Shown piece after piece: positions 51,896 through 64,000 of a DNA stretch of 64,000 bases. The stretch is taken from contig CM052817.1 of the NCBI GenBank assembly GCA_028534125.1, positions 35,714,001-35,778,000 on the forward strand, read 5' to 3'. This DNA comes from Lama glama (lineage: Eukaryota). Every line of letters begins with the position of its first letter. The first letter of the stretch is position 1. The notes under the pieces were generated by a model. That model did no database searches and had not been told where the DNA came from. It saw only the letters and a program-made list of their open reading frames with translations. The translations under genes and the position numbers were made by a program.

Positions 51896-53639
51896 TTGGC
51901 AATACTACACCGGCATTTTTCTCATTTTCCTACACTCATTCCCTTTAAGGTCAAAACACCATCGGAATATATAATATACATGCGTTTGTGTGCATGTGTG
52001 TATACACATGTTTACATATATACAGTTTTTTTTCCAGGAGATGGGCGGAGAGAGAAGGGCAGGCAGAGGTTGATAAAGGGAATACCTGTTCAGTATCTAG
52101 AGGTGAACTTTGGAACCACATTATATCAGGTAGAGACTAGAGGCTATAAACGGTTCTTTGGAGATGGATTTTAGAAAAGAAATCACTGAAGAACACTGTC
52201 AACCAATACACATCACAGGTCTTCATGCTATCCAGACAGACCTACAAGATACAGGCAAAATTTCAGACGCAACAATGGACAGTGAAAAAAGGTGAAGAGA
52301 GGCACTTTCAACACCAGAAAGTGAATTTTGCCTGGTGGGAAGGCAGCAAAGCCCTGTCAGGTTTAAAGGGCTTTTTGGAGGGGGTATTGGGAGAAATCTC
52401 CGCTTAGGACGTAGGTAGTTCAAGGTTAAGATGATGTGAATGTCCAGAGAGCAGCATAGGCAGTGGGGAAAAGGCCACGGTTTGGAGGGGGAAGGGAGAA
52501 GCGGAGCTCTGAAGGTCCCCAAGCAGCAACCACCTTTTATTACGGTGTCCTCTTCTTCCTGTTAAAGCAGTACCTTGGATATGCTCCATCTAAAGATTTT
52601 TCACAGCACGTTTGTTAAAGATCCATTGGTCCATGTTTTCATTTTGTTTTTGCAAAAAATCTGGGTCATGGTGGGACTGGAAAAAACTGAAGTGTTTACA
52701 ACACCAGCAAGATTCGGAGAGAGAGTTGATTAAGGCTTCAGTTTCATGAAATATTTACACGTCTCTTGCGTGGGCTTTTGTTTGCTCTTGTTGGTGCTGC
52801 TGCATATTTTACTTCGATAATGCTTTGAGTGTACTTCTCCCGAATGTGCTTATTTTCCAGTTATAAACTATTCTTTCTTTTCCGTTGTGTTCGCCATTGG
52901 CCTGCCCTCTGTAACAACTGTGGGAATTAAGATCCATGAGTCACAGCAGAAAGAAGGAAATCTTCTCTGTTGCTATCTGCAAATGGCAAGAGTTTGTATG
53001 AGAGAATAGTCTTTTGAAATAGAATCATGGAGAAGATCATTCAAGATTTTTTTGTGCATTAATGGGGGGGCGGAATAGGTTGTTGATTCATAAACAGGAA
53101 AAAAATGATAATGGCCATTGCAAGTCTAGATGTTCTATCAGTGGAATTTACTTTGGAAACAGTGCAGAGGAACTCTTGGAGATCCTTGTAGAGTGTGCTT
53201 TGGTATGGTGAGGCTTCACCTAATCACTAACTGGTGATCTCTGAAATGATGAGGTCAAAATGGCAAGTGCATAGCTTCATATGGGAAACAGAGGACTGAG
53301 GCATGATGTGAACCAGAACCGTTTCATCTGGAGGTCAGGTTGGGTTCCAACAAGCAGTTTTAAAACCTAGGTGTTTTTTTAATTGCATCAGTATGCTTGC
53401 CTAATACACTTTATTATTTGTCCCTGCAACATATCCTTGCTTGTGCCTCAAGTAAATGGAAAAGAATGTATTAGATGCAGCTATCCTTCGCCATGAATTT
53501 CCAGTCACAAAATCTGCAGCCTTTGGGGAAGCACTAAAATATTGGTCACAGAATCACAACATCATGAAAGCTTGGCTACAGAGAGTCAGGACACACAATT
53601 CTAGTTCCACATCACACACACTTTTTCAGGGGCAGCTGT

Positions 53640-54050
53640 TTCTGCCCTTTATGCACTCGCTTATTGATTCCTTTATGCCATCAACATATTTTTATCCTGA
53701 ACTCTACATGGACCTAGACTGTGGAATGGGAGAGTCATAGCCTGAAAAACTTGGGAGGGAGGGAGGAAGAGCAGGTTAAGTGCTCTGATGGGGAGTGCAC
53801 AGGGATCCAGGGAAGCCAGGTTGTGGGGGAGGAGAGGAGAGGACAGGGCAGGTCCCTGGGAACTGGTGAGGAACGAGTCTGATCAAGAGGAGAGAGAAGG
53901 GCATTCCTGGTATAGGGACCAAAATATACAGAGGCTCAGGAAGAACAAGTAGCTCCAGGTGGTTGAAAACCTGTGAGGAGATAAAGATGGAAAGGTGGGG
54001 ACCAAAAAGGAAGTCGATCCATCCTCAAACTGAAGTCCAGAAGAGCTGCT
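53640..54050 (-). mobile_element. Decayed L2 fragment
   Basis: cactcgcttattgattcctttatgccatcaacatattt start, then taagtgctctgatgggagtgcacaggg and purine-rich body. Confidence 0.55.
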
Positions 54051-57000
54051 AGCACATCTGGTCCATAAACCATTTGATCCAGATACGTTAGGTAAATACA
54101 TTCATGCTGAGGCTCCATGTTGTTTACATTACCCAAGTTTGTATTTTTCAGATATTTCCAAAACCATGTTTACCTTAAATTACAAACGCCTGATGAAAAG
54201 GGAGGTGTGTCCTTGAGAAAGTCATAATTCTCTGGCCCTCAATTTCTTCATCCACAAAATCTCTACCACCTACTCTGCATATTGTGAAAATAAAAGAGAA
54301 CGAGGGAATGGAGATTTGAGTCTTTTGACTTGTTGCAAATCTTATTTTTATGACAGCAGTGCTCAGGGCAAAAGCATGGAAATTCTGTCTATTCGAAGCA
54401 CTGAATTATCCCAGATGATTCCAAAAAGCGAAGAAAGTAACTCAGAAAAAGTCAGAGCCCAAAGACCACAGATAATTATAAAATTATTTTTTTAAGGGAG
54501 AGAAATGCATACAGCAATCCCAGAGTAATCAACACGTGACCGTCCAGACCTGGTCACCACCCGTTGTGAGGTCCATTTCCTGGGCCTGATAGCACTTTTG
54601 TATTTTAAAAATAAAATAGAACAAAATAGAATAGAAGGGTAAATAAGTACTGTTCTTGGAACTTTTAAATATATATTTATATGTGTATAGCACACTGGCC
54701 TATTATAATATGTATATCTTATTATGTGTCATGTTTCAAAAAGTCTGAAAGCTACTGCTTTAAGTGATATAAAGAAGAGGTGCCCCAGTTTGCAGCCCCC
54801 GACAGTCAACTAGAGATCTAGTACACAGCATTTACACAATATTCTGAATAGCACAAGTGCCTTGAGAAAGGCAGGACATGATCACTTACCAGTAAGTTCA
54901 TGACGGTAAAGTCAGAGGAGAGGGAGGTTCTTGGGGACTGTATTAGTCTAGAAAAAGGTCAAAGTGGAGGTGGGACTTGAGCTTGTTTATAAAAGATGGA
55001 TGGATCTGGGGGGCAGTGAGGACGGGGTGGTGATATAGACAGAGGAAGTAAAGAAGGAGGTGAAGTAAGGAAGTTCTTTAAGAATCATTTAAAAAAGAAA
55101 AAAAATGAACAGTAAGTTGGAAGAGAATTACAGCAGAATTTCTGTTTAGACTAAAATGTTACTCAAGATTGTTATTTATTTCATATCTAAGATTTCCTTC
55201 CCTAATCCTGCTACTTTAAGAAAATCTAGGCAGAATGGTCATAACGTCAGTCAGTCACTAATCTGTTATTTCCTGCCATCTTTTTATCTCTGTTGTGATG
55301 ATTTCCTGGCTAAGCCTTGTTTCAAATGAATTTAGTGGTTAAACTGTTGAAATTAGGTGATATACCACATTGTAGCATGATTGTTTCATTCAGAACACAA
55401 GTATAGTCATTGGCACAGAGGGGCAAGGGTAACCTAAAGTGATTGTCATCAATGGAGCAGAGTCTTCTATTCTCTTCAACAAGTCTCCTTTCTTGGGTGC
55501 CGGGTAGGTGCAAAGCCCTGGGCTAGGCACTGGCGGCTCTGTGGAGATGAATCGGACCACTTGGTACTCATAACCCCAAAAGGAAGGGCAGAGCCTGCCA
55601 GATTTTCTGTTTCAGTTGCTTTATGACTTGCCCATCGTTTTAGGTAAATATTTAAATATGTGGGTATGCATTTTGAGAAATTAACATCCGAGTATTTTTC
55701 TGTAGCTAGGTAGTTATTTTGAAGAGATAGAATCAGAGAAGAAAGTCTTTACTTGTGTGTCTGAAAACTCGGTGACCTTCTTTTAGCTCTTGCTGTCTTT
55801 CCTAAGCAATAACACAATGTTATGATATGGATATCCCCTTGAATAAAGCTAGGTCTTTAACCAGAAGAACCAGTGCCAGTTAAAATAGAGACTACCATGT
55901 GCTTCAGTTAGTTGATTTAGAGTGCAATCAAATATGGAAATTAACTTTTTTGTAAAGAGGTCCTGGACTCCTCTTTCATCTTCTTTCTCCACATCAGAAT
56001 GTGTAAATTGGTGATAATCTAACTGTTTTGCATGAGTCAAGTCTGGAATAATAAAACCGTTTAGAGTCTGCATTTGAATTGAAAAGACGTTTGTTGAATT
56101 TCTTGGGGGAAAACGTATATACTCTTACAATTCAGATTACTTACTGTCTTGAATGCCAGTGAGAAAAATGGTCACAGCTTTTTCTCTGGGCATACTGGAG
56201 TTGGCAATACAGTAACAGCTTTCTAATTTTTCATATTTGTAATTAGAGTGTGGGCTTTGAAGCTAGCAGCATAATTGAGGACCCGAATTATTATTTCCAG
56301 TCAATAATAACTGACCTTTAGCTGGGGGTTAAATGCTGTGACCTATTGAATCTGAATCTGAATCTATAGATGGGGCTGAGAAACCTCCATTCTCTAATGG
56401 TCCCAAAAGGATTTCAAGAGCCAGGTTTGGACACCATTGTTTAGTCCTGCCTTTATGTACCGGGAAGTAGGAAGATTACAGATGAGCCCCAGACAAGTTA
56501 ATAAATTGTCCTAAATTGCTGTCAGAACTGGGGCGAAAATCTAGACCTCTTCTTCCCAATTCTCCACTAAGGGGAGAAGGAGCCAGACCTGAAGTCAGGG
56601 TCTGAAGAGCTCCTAAGTGGTCAGTCGGGGCAGGGAAATCAAATTCCTCCTGCAGTTCTTCCAGAATTGGGAGTCCATGCAGTGAGCCTTTCTAAATGAC
56701 AATACAGTGATCTCCATCCCAAGGGTCTGATGAGGAAGAAAAATTGTAGGGATCAGCTGTGTGATCTGAGGTCAGGCACTTTCTTGGCCTTACACACTGG
56801 ATTCAATTTTAAAATATTAATTCTTGGGTCCTAAACCCAGTGGATACCCAAGCCAATGCTAAGAAGATGGCTTTAGTCAGTAGTCACAGCCAGTGACACT
56901 TACAGAACCAAGCAAACTCTGAAAAGAGCTCGAGGCTAGAGAGTAAAACTCCAGTCACAGGATCCTCTAGGGACCTTGGTGCTGTTGCTAACTCAGTAAT

Positions 57001-58859
57001 GGACAGCTGGACAGAGAGCTCCTGAGCTCCTGAAAAAAATCCCGTTTGCATCTACGAATTTTCTGGAGGGAAAGGCGTGGCAGAGAATCCCTTTTTTAAG
57101 CTGGAATTGCAACTGGTCCAACAAAGTGGGAGATCTGGTTGAGGGGGAATAGTCAGGGTGCTTTATGTGGATAGATTCTTGATTGCTTTTTCATAATATT
57201 GATTTCTAAATAGCCTCAAATTAAAATAACCATAGTGTGTTTATAGGAGACTCTCCTCTCTCTTCATAATGTAAAACTTTGGGTAAATGAAATGCTTGAG
57301 GGAGTTAAGTATTTGTGTTCAGTATATTTTCTGCATAATCAGAGCATCTTTTTGTTTCAATTCTTGTTGATAGTTTTTCTAAAATCTAATAGCCTTTGCC
57401 TATGTGTCTGCCTTAATAAGGACAAGATGGCAAGAATCATCAGAATACAGAATTTTGCATTGCCTCCGGGTTTTTATTATGAATTACAGCTGTGGGACAG
57501 GGCTGCTGAATATAATATAAAAATTTTAAGTGGTTTTTTTTCACCCTGATGTGAATGTGCTGTCTCACTCTTAAAAATTCGTTGTTGTTCAAAAAAATGC
57601 AAAAGCTATTTGATTCATTGTGGGTTCCACTTTGTTGGACTTCGGTCTTTGCCTTTGCCATTACATCATTTTGGAATGCTTATTTCTTCATCTGAAATTA
57701 GTTTCCCAATCTTCTCAAAACATGGCTTAAAGTTCAATTATTTCAGCAAATTCTCCATGCTTTTTAAAGCCTGTTTCTAATTACTGTTTTATCCATGGCA
57801 TGAATTTTTAATTTATCCCTCGTTATGTTGTTCTCTAAGCATACCTTTTTCTTTGAATCCTATAAATTATTTCTCCTTGAAATATGCAGGCAAAATTTGA
57901 AGTGACTAGAATTTTAATGCTAATGAGAATTTTAATCAGAGCTAAGGTTAATAAAAGGATGTACATTTCCCCCCTGCATCCTTGAATGAGTAAAAATTGC
58001 TTATGACAAACGGGTGTGGAGGATTGGTCTTGTTTTCATGTTGAACAAGTTCTGAAAGCAGTCAGCAAAAACCTGTCACTGTCAGGGTCAGAGGTGAAGC
58101 TCTGAGTGAATGAGTGAAAATGCCTGTGCATTCTCCTTTTGCATGGGGGATGATTTCTTGTCTACATATGTAGATTCCCAGAGCAGAAGAATCCTTTGCC
58201 ATGAGCATCAGCGGGCCCCGGTGCATGTCACTTAAACTGCCCAGGAGGATGTATGTACCAGGTCAGAAATTGAAAACTGGCAGTCTGTGCGCCCAGCAGG
58301 AAAATCATGTTTTATTTGGCCCGCAGGTATTTATTTTTAATTAAGCCAATATTTAAAAATCAGAAGATGGATTATAAAAAAATGAAACACCAACTCACAT
58401 TCTCTAAGCCAGAGCTGAATAACAGTATATGCTTCCTCTTTATGACCCTTCAGTCCCCACTACTCCCTATTGTCTCTCCGACACGAGACTTCATGTAAGT
58501 CCCTTGTACTCCAGCAGCCTCACTTAATTGTGTTCGCCTCCTAAAAACCAGAAATACTGAGTTCACGAAGCCTGGACTAGGTGTTTTCTCGGTACCACTG
58601 TGCTCTGCAGTGTTCTGAGTGTCCTCATGAAGTTGGTGTGACTCTGCAAAGTAGAGAGATCATCATCCTGAATGTCAGTAATCCCCGTAAACTATAGCGA
58701 CAGTCGAAAAAGTTTTCACCATCAAAATATGTAGACTCTGTGAAAGGGTAATGAGTACAAACTTAGTTGACCTGGTCTGTTAGTAAGAGGAGAGTGAAAA
58801 GTTTTGTTTGCTTGCTTGCTTTATCCTGTACCACACGTTGCAAAAAAATACAACAAACA

Positions 58860-59470
58860 AAAAGTTTTAACAACTTTATTTATTCTTTAACTTGACCAAT
58901 GACTACATTTCTACTTTGGGTTGCTTTACATATTTTTACATGCACCGTATCTTTATTTGATGTACAGCTCTTCACATAAACACCAAACTTGCAGAGCCTC
59001 CTGATAGCCCAAAGCGTATCTCGATCTTTCAACCGATGGTGCATTCTATTTGGGAGGCCTGGCAGTGGAGGATAAACCATCAGGAGTGGTACCAACTCAT
59101 ATCCCAGTCTGTGGCTGTGTCTGCAGAGCTGAGAAAGGCGCATCTCGTGATGGAGCTGGCTGTGCCTCCAGCCCGTCGCCGCACAGAGCCAGCTTGCCGC
59201 GCAGCCTGGCCGCTGGCTTGTGCGCAAGTGCTCTGTTCATATGGCTAACAATGAGGTGACTGTCAGAGCGGATTTATTCCTGTTGTAAATAAAGACAAAT
59301 GCCCTTTGGAGATGATGAAATCTCCAAAATCTCTTTAGAGGCAAGTCTCTAAAGTAGAGAAAGCTCTTACCAGCTCTCTGGAATCTCTCAAACTTCCCCA
59401 ACTCCCGCTGCTGCTCTCGTTCCTCCTGCACACCTCACTGCCTGCCACCCCCACACCGTGCCTCCCACCT
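58860..59470 (-). ncRNA. Candidate antisense two-exon transcript (lncRNA or micropeptide)
   Basis: Minus-strand donor CTG|GTAAGA (59371/59370), acceptor ttgtctttatttacaacAG|G (59280/59279), AATAAATAAA at 58884-58875 followed by a GU/U-rich tract. Motif evidence only. Confidence 0.3.
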
Positions 59471-61529
59471 CACTTCTAAAAACATCCTCGCACCTAATTA
59501 TTAATCCTAAAGTGTCAGTGCTTTAGCAGATTCACTCCAAGAAGACAGCGCTGAGAATAGTATAGGAAGCCAACAGAGGACACGGTGCTGCAGCGACTCC
59601 GGGCTTTCTTGCGACAGAGTGTATTTCCTTATAGAATAATGTCCAAGTGTTTAAGGAGTAGGTGTCATGTCACCTGAAATGGACTAATACTATATAAATG
59701 ACCAGAAGTGTTAAGATTCTTTAGGGATATAGTTAACTTTTTCTTTGTCATTTTAAGTAACTTAAATTTAGTTACACTGAAACTTGTATGCTCTTTTATG
59801 AAACTATTCTCCTTTTCCCCTGGTGGTTGTTGCGATGTTTAAAATGGTAATGATGGGTTTTTAAAGATCATCCCCCTGGGGTTTGTGGCTTTCGAGTGGT
59901 GCGTCCAAGATAAAAGTTAACAATCTGAGCTGCACTGGGTGGAGAACTTCTGCTCTGTGAATCACAGAAAAACATCCTCCAACTGGAAGCAGGATTTTAT
60001 TTAGGAGATGAAGTAGAGCATGTGAGAGAGAGTTGGCAGAAGGCCCTGATTTAAGGAAGATGGATGCTTGGATCGTTTAATAAATTGGTGTTGAGTAGTT
60101 AATAGATATGTTGGACCCTGTGCTATGTGCTATGGATTCAATGTTGAATAAAACATAGTCTGAACTCTCAAATAATTCCCAGATGGCTGGACTAGATAAA
60201 TTTATTCATAAATGAGGCTCAGCAAAGTTACAGCAGGCTCTCTTCCTGGTCAGGGTCTTGGGGAATTCCCCCAGCAGCTAACAACCAGGCTCCTTTCTCA
60301 TCCCAGCCAGGCACCCCCATGCCTCCCTCATCCTTCCTTAGGCCCTAGAGATTCAGCTCAATTTCCGTCCCTTTTCACAGCTTCACCACCTGCTCGCCAC
60401 ACCTGGATTGCTTTTTTCCCAGCCAGGCCACCCTGAGAACTAGATGGGGCTTTCCCACTCTACCCCTCCTTCATGCCATCAAAAATAAAAACATAGACAC
60501 ATGCATTTTCACCTTTATTCAGCTGAAAACAACTAGGAAACAGAGGGTAGCAAGAGTAACCAAGATGGGGCAGATATAAGATTCAGAAATCGAAGTTTCT
60601 GCTGCTGGCTAGTCTGAATACTAGACGAAATTTCCTCCATGTGTGTATAGCAGAAACTCAGTGTAACTTCCTCCCCCCTCTTTTTTTCTATTCAAGAAAA
60701 TATCTACAAATGCAAGTGAGATGACTGAGAGTGACATTATCATAGAAATGACTTTATTAGCAAGACTAGCATAGCTGACATTAGAGAAAACTGCTCTAAA
60801 TTATTCTTTTAATAAATCCTTTGCTGTCATTGGAACTTTGTCATTGCTCATAAACAGTTTGTGATGCACTAGTGTATTTTAAGCCTGTTTAAAGGTTGTG
60901 GTTTTAGACTATTGCTTAGACTCTCAGGGATCACGTGTACCCTGCGGGAATGATCTTGAATCAGATCATTATTGGGGGATGCACCCATTTCAGGGTGCTG
61001 AAAATACCCCACTGTTTTCATAGCTGCTCGGTGAAATGCCCCATGTCTGTGTGCTGTCTTTTTCCCCCTAAGGCGGCACTCATCTCTTTTTTCTGGTTTC
61101 CCTCTCCAGGGTTAGGACCCTGGAAGTTCAGGTGATGATTCTTGTCTCTGCAAAGCCTAGTGAATGATTCCATCTCTGTGTACCCCCACCGGGAGGAGAA
61201 CTTCCTTGCCTTGCTGTCCAGAGGGTAGTGGCCCCGGGGAAATAGGAGAAGGGGCAGGGGAGTGGTAACTGGACTACAGTACTAATGATGATGAGTGGAA
61301 AGATAACCAGACACATGAGGGAGGAGAAAGTAAAGCAGGGTAAATGGGAGCAAGAGACCAAAGGACACACTCAGGCCACTTTGCCATCTTGGTTCCAGGG
61401 CATGAGAGAACCTAAAATGTTGCTCTTTTTCCGTCTGCTTTCCCCTGTGAGGGCGAGACGCGGGTTAACTACAGATCTGTATCATTAATGACCTCCAACT
61501 CTTCTGGAAACTTCATTCTCTAGGCTTCT

Positions 61530-61710
61530 CTGCCAAATTCATTTCTCCTTTAAACAAATCTATGAGGTTTGTACTATTATTTTCCCCCATTTTAAGGAGG
61601 AAGAAACAGATAACTTGCCCAACGTCCCTCTGGTAGTAATTGACTGAGCTGTGTCAGAGTCCAGAGTTGTCTAACGTTAAAAGCTTCACGCCTCACCGTT
61701 GTGCTTCATA
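61530..61710 (-). mobile_element. MIR SINE
   Basis: ctatgaggtttgtactattattttcccccattttaaggaggaagaaacag..taacttgcccaacgtc. Confidence 0.75.
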
Positions 61711-62339
61711 CACTGCAGTGTATGCACATTAGTAACATTAATCCCATGAACACTGGGTCAAAAGATGAAGAATAGGCAGGATTTACAGACTGTGTTTTCC
61801 TAACTCAGATTTCATTCTGTGTTGTTTAAAAAGCAAATGTGAAAAGCTTCTAAATCAGTGATAAGTCATCCTTTAAGCAAATAGGGTGAGTTCAAGGGCA
61901 AATGTTTTGGGTTAAAACGTTATAAGTCTTTGTATAGGTGGTAAAAAATTTCAAAACAAAACTTCTTCTCAAAATATCCAGGTGACACATATGTTCTACA
62001 AACAACATGTCTTTGTTTCTGGAAAGAAAAACCAAACACATTTCACAGTCACATGTACGCACACGTGCACGTACACACACCACATGTAACAAGAAAAACC
62101 AGGCGTGCGTCTGCGGTTAGCCTTACCTATGGACTTTGGACCTAGGAGCTATTTATAGAACTAGTGTTTCCGTGATTGCTGTTTTAATCATAGACATTCA
62201 TTTACTTATGAAAGTGAGCAATTCCTTATTATAGCTTGCAGCTAAGTGTTCTGCTTGCAACTTGAAGGCTGAACAAAAGGTAATCAATGTACAGGAGGCC
62301 CATTGGAGACAAGTTCCTTCTTAAAACTCTATTTCTGAA

Positions 62340-62436
62340 AACAAACATATGTATGTGTATGACTGAACTATTATACTGTACCCCAGAAATTGACACAACA
62401 TTGTAAACTGACTACTTCAATTTAAAACAAAAAAAC
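62340..62436 (+). mobile_element. Very short L1 3' end
   Basis: tatgactgaactattatactgtaccccagaaattgacacaacattgtaaactgactacttcaa; degenerate TSD aaaactctatttct / aaaaccctattgct. Confidence 0.8.
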
Positions 62437-64000
62437 CCTATTGCTAATAAACTAATGGTGCTTGACAGGAGGATGAATATACATGTATTTGTCCATTTTG
62501 AACATGAAAATCCACTGATTGTTTTAAAGTCATGACTTCTGCCTTAATTTTTTGAAGTTCCTTAATAAGCAATTGATTTTTTTCCAGTTAAAAAAAAAAT
62601 AAAAGCAGTCTCCTACAGGCAATAGTCTTATTACTGGCCTCTTGTCATCAATCTGGAATGTCTTCACCACTTTGTATTGATTCAGAATCCAAACTTTGTG
62701 TTCCAGGGGGTGGCACAGTAGAAGACACAGCTTTTCAAAGTGCAGGAGCATTCAGTCAGTGACCTGTAAGATGATCTGAGGTAGTATACAGCTTTACTCT
62801 TTATTTAATAGTTATGAATTTATTTTAATATAAAAATACTTAAATTTTGAAGTATATATTTTAAAATATGCTATATGAAAAATATGTCACTGGCACATCA
62901 AGCCTGTGATTTTTACAGATGTCATTTCTTAGGGCTAGGCTAATATTTTTAACTAGTGCGTCCGTTATCGTCAGTTGAATGAGAAACATTAAGTGAAAAA
63001 TAGTTTAGAAAAGTGGATAAGGCAAAAATCAGGGAAGAGGTTCACAGGTGTCATAGTGTGTGAAAGTGGTACAGGAAATCATGTCATTGCCCAAGGCACC
63101 TGAGGTTCTCTCTAGAAATGAGAAGCTCAGTCCAGAAAACCCTAAGATCAATTCTAGCTCTGATGTCCAATTTTATTTTTAACAGTCTTGCCATTTTTTT
63201 TTTCTTGAGCCTCTTTTCTGAATTTTAGATCTCTTCAGGCTTTTCTGGAACTTAGAGATCCCCTTCTTAGCCCCACCTCCCCGCCATCACCTCCAAACAT
63301 TCATTATTTCCGCATGTGTTCGTGAAACAAACATTCTATGGAGAACTTACACACTAGGTAATGTGGGCACGCAAGAAAGCAACAGAATTCTATACCTCTG
63401 ACTTCTGTTTTCAATGAGTCCGTGTCTTTGATTCCCATTGAAGTTAAAGCCCTTGAAAGCCCTGGACTTCTGCCATGATCTTTTTTTTTTTTGTGCTTCC
63501 TGAATGGCTGAGAGATCCTCAATGGAAAGTCCCTTCATTGATAAAAACACATTATCAAGGCTCATATTACAAATTTAAAACATGTGTTGTGCAAATCCTG
63601 AATGGGATTATACAAGAGAATGGATAAAAAGGCTTTCTACATTTCATAGCTAGAACGGTCTAAAGCTTAGGCCATTTTGAACACAAAGGGAGAAAAAATA
63701 GTACTTTCACGATTTTTGAGTCGAGGGCAATGCAGCTGGTCAGTTAGAAATTTTTCAGATCTGAATGAGATGAGGAATTTTAACACATCAGAATTTTTTT
63801 GTTTTTTATTTTTAACAGTTACATTGAGGGAGGAATTAAGTTTCAACGGTGTTTATTGGTTTTCTATATAATTTACCGCCCCCAATACACACACATGGTT
63901 AAGGTGTAACCATTATTATGATAATTTTTCTTGGGGAATTTGTCCTTGAGAAATGTCCGGAAAATGTTGTAAAGCACCTGAGTGTGGTGAGGAGAAACTG

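Noticed and set aside
58880..59227. 115-aa minus ORF from the track as the product of the antisense candidate
   Set aside because: Starts at TTG, ends inside the poly(A) signal, and has no recognisable homology; kept only as an alternative frame to test.
59544..59592. REST/RE1 half-sites (gacagcgc, ggtgctgca)
   Set aside because: Wrong relative orientation and spacing for a canonical RE1.
1..64000. CRISPR arrays, tRNA/rRNA genes, prokaryotic-type systems, processed pseudogenes
   Set aside because: No regular repeat-spacer array, tRNA or rRNA motif, or mRNA-derived copy recognised; the sequence is mammalian non-coding DNA.

Overview
Mammalian nuclear DNA, heavily made up of ancient interspersed repeats (L1, L2, MIR, MaLR/ERV1 LTRs, hAT and Tigger DNA-transposon relics), with two 500-N scaffold gaps. 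I see no primate, rodent, ruminant or pig SINEs, and the young L1 3' ends look cetartiodactyl; a camelid is my inference, unconfirmed. Positions ~1-50.9 kb appear intergenic. A CpG island at ~50.9-51.7 kb looks like a promoter plus short first exon of a + strand gene (donor CAG|GTAGGC at 51539/51540), so the rest of the window is probably intron 1. I cannot name the gene. No intact protein-coding gene is supported: the ORF track is spurious or decayed L1 ORF2. The most interesting unexplained signal is at ~58.85-59.5 kb: a candidate antisense two-exon transcript with a 91-nt GT-AG intron holding twin hairpins, a 47-codon ORF over a CpG-rich core, and a full polyadenylation signature. It is a hypothesis from motifs only. 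Repeat family names are from recall of consensus sequences; boundaries are approximate unless a target-site duplication (TSD) is given.
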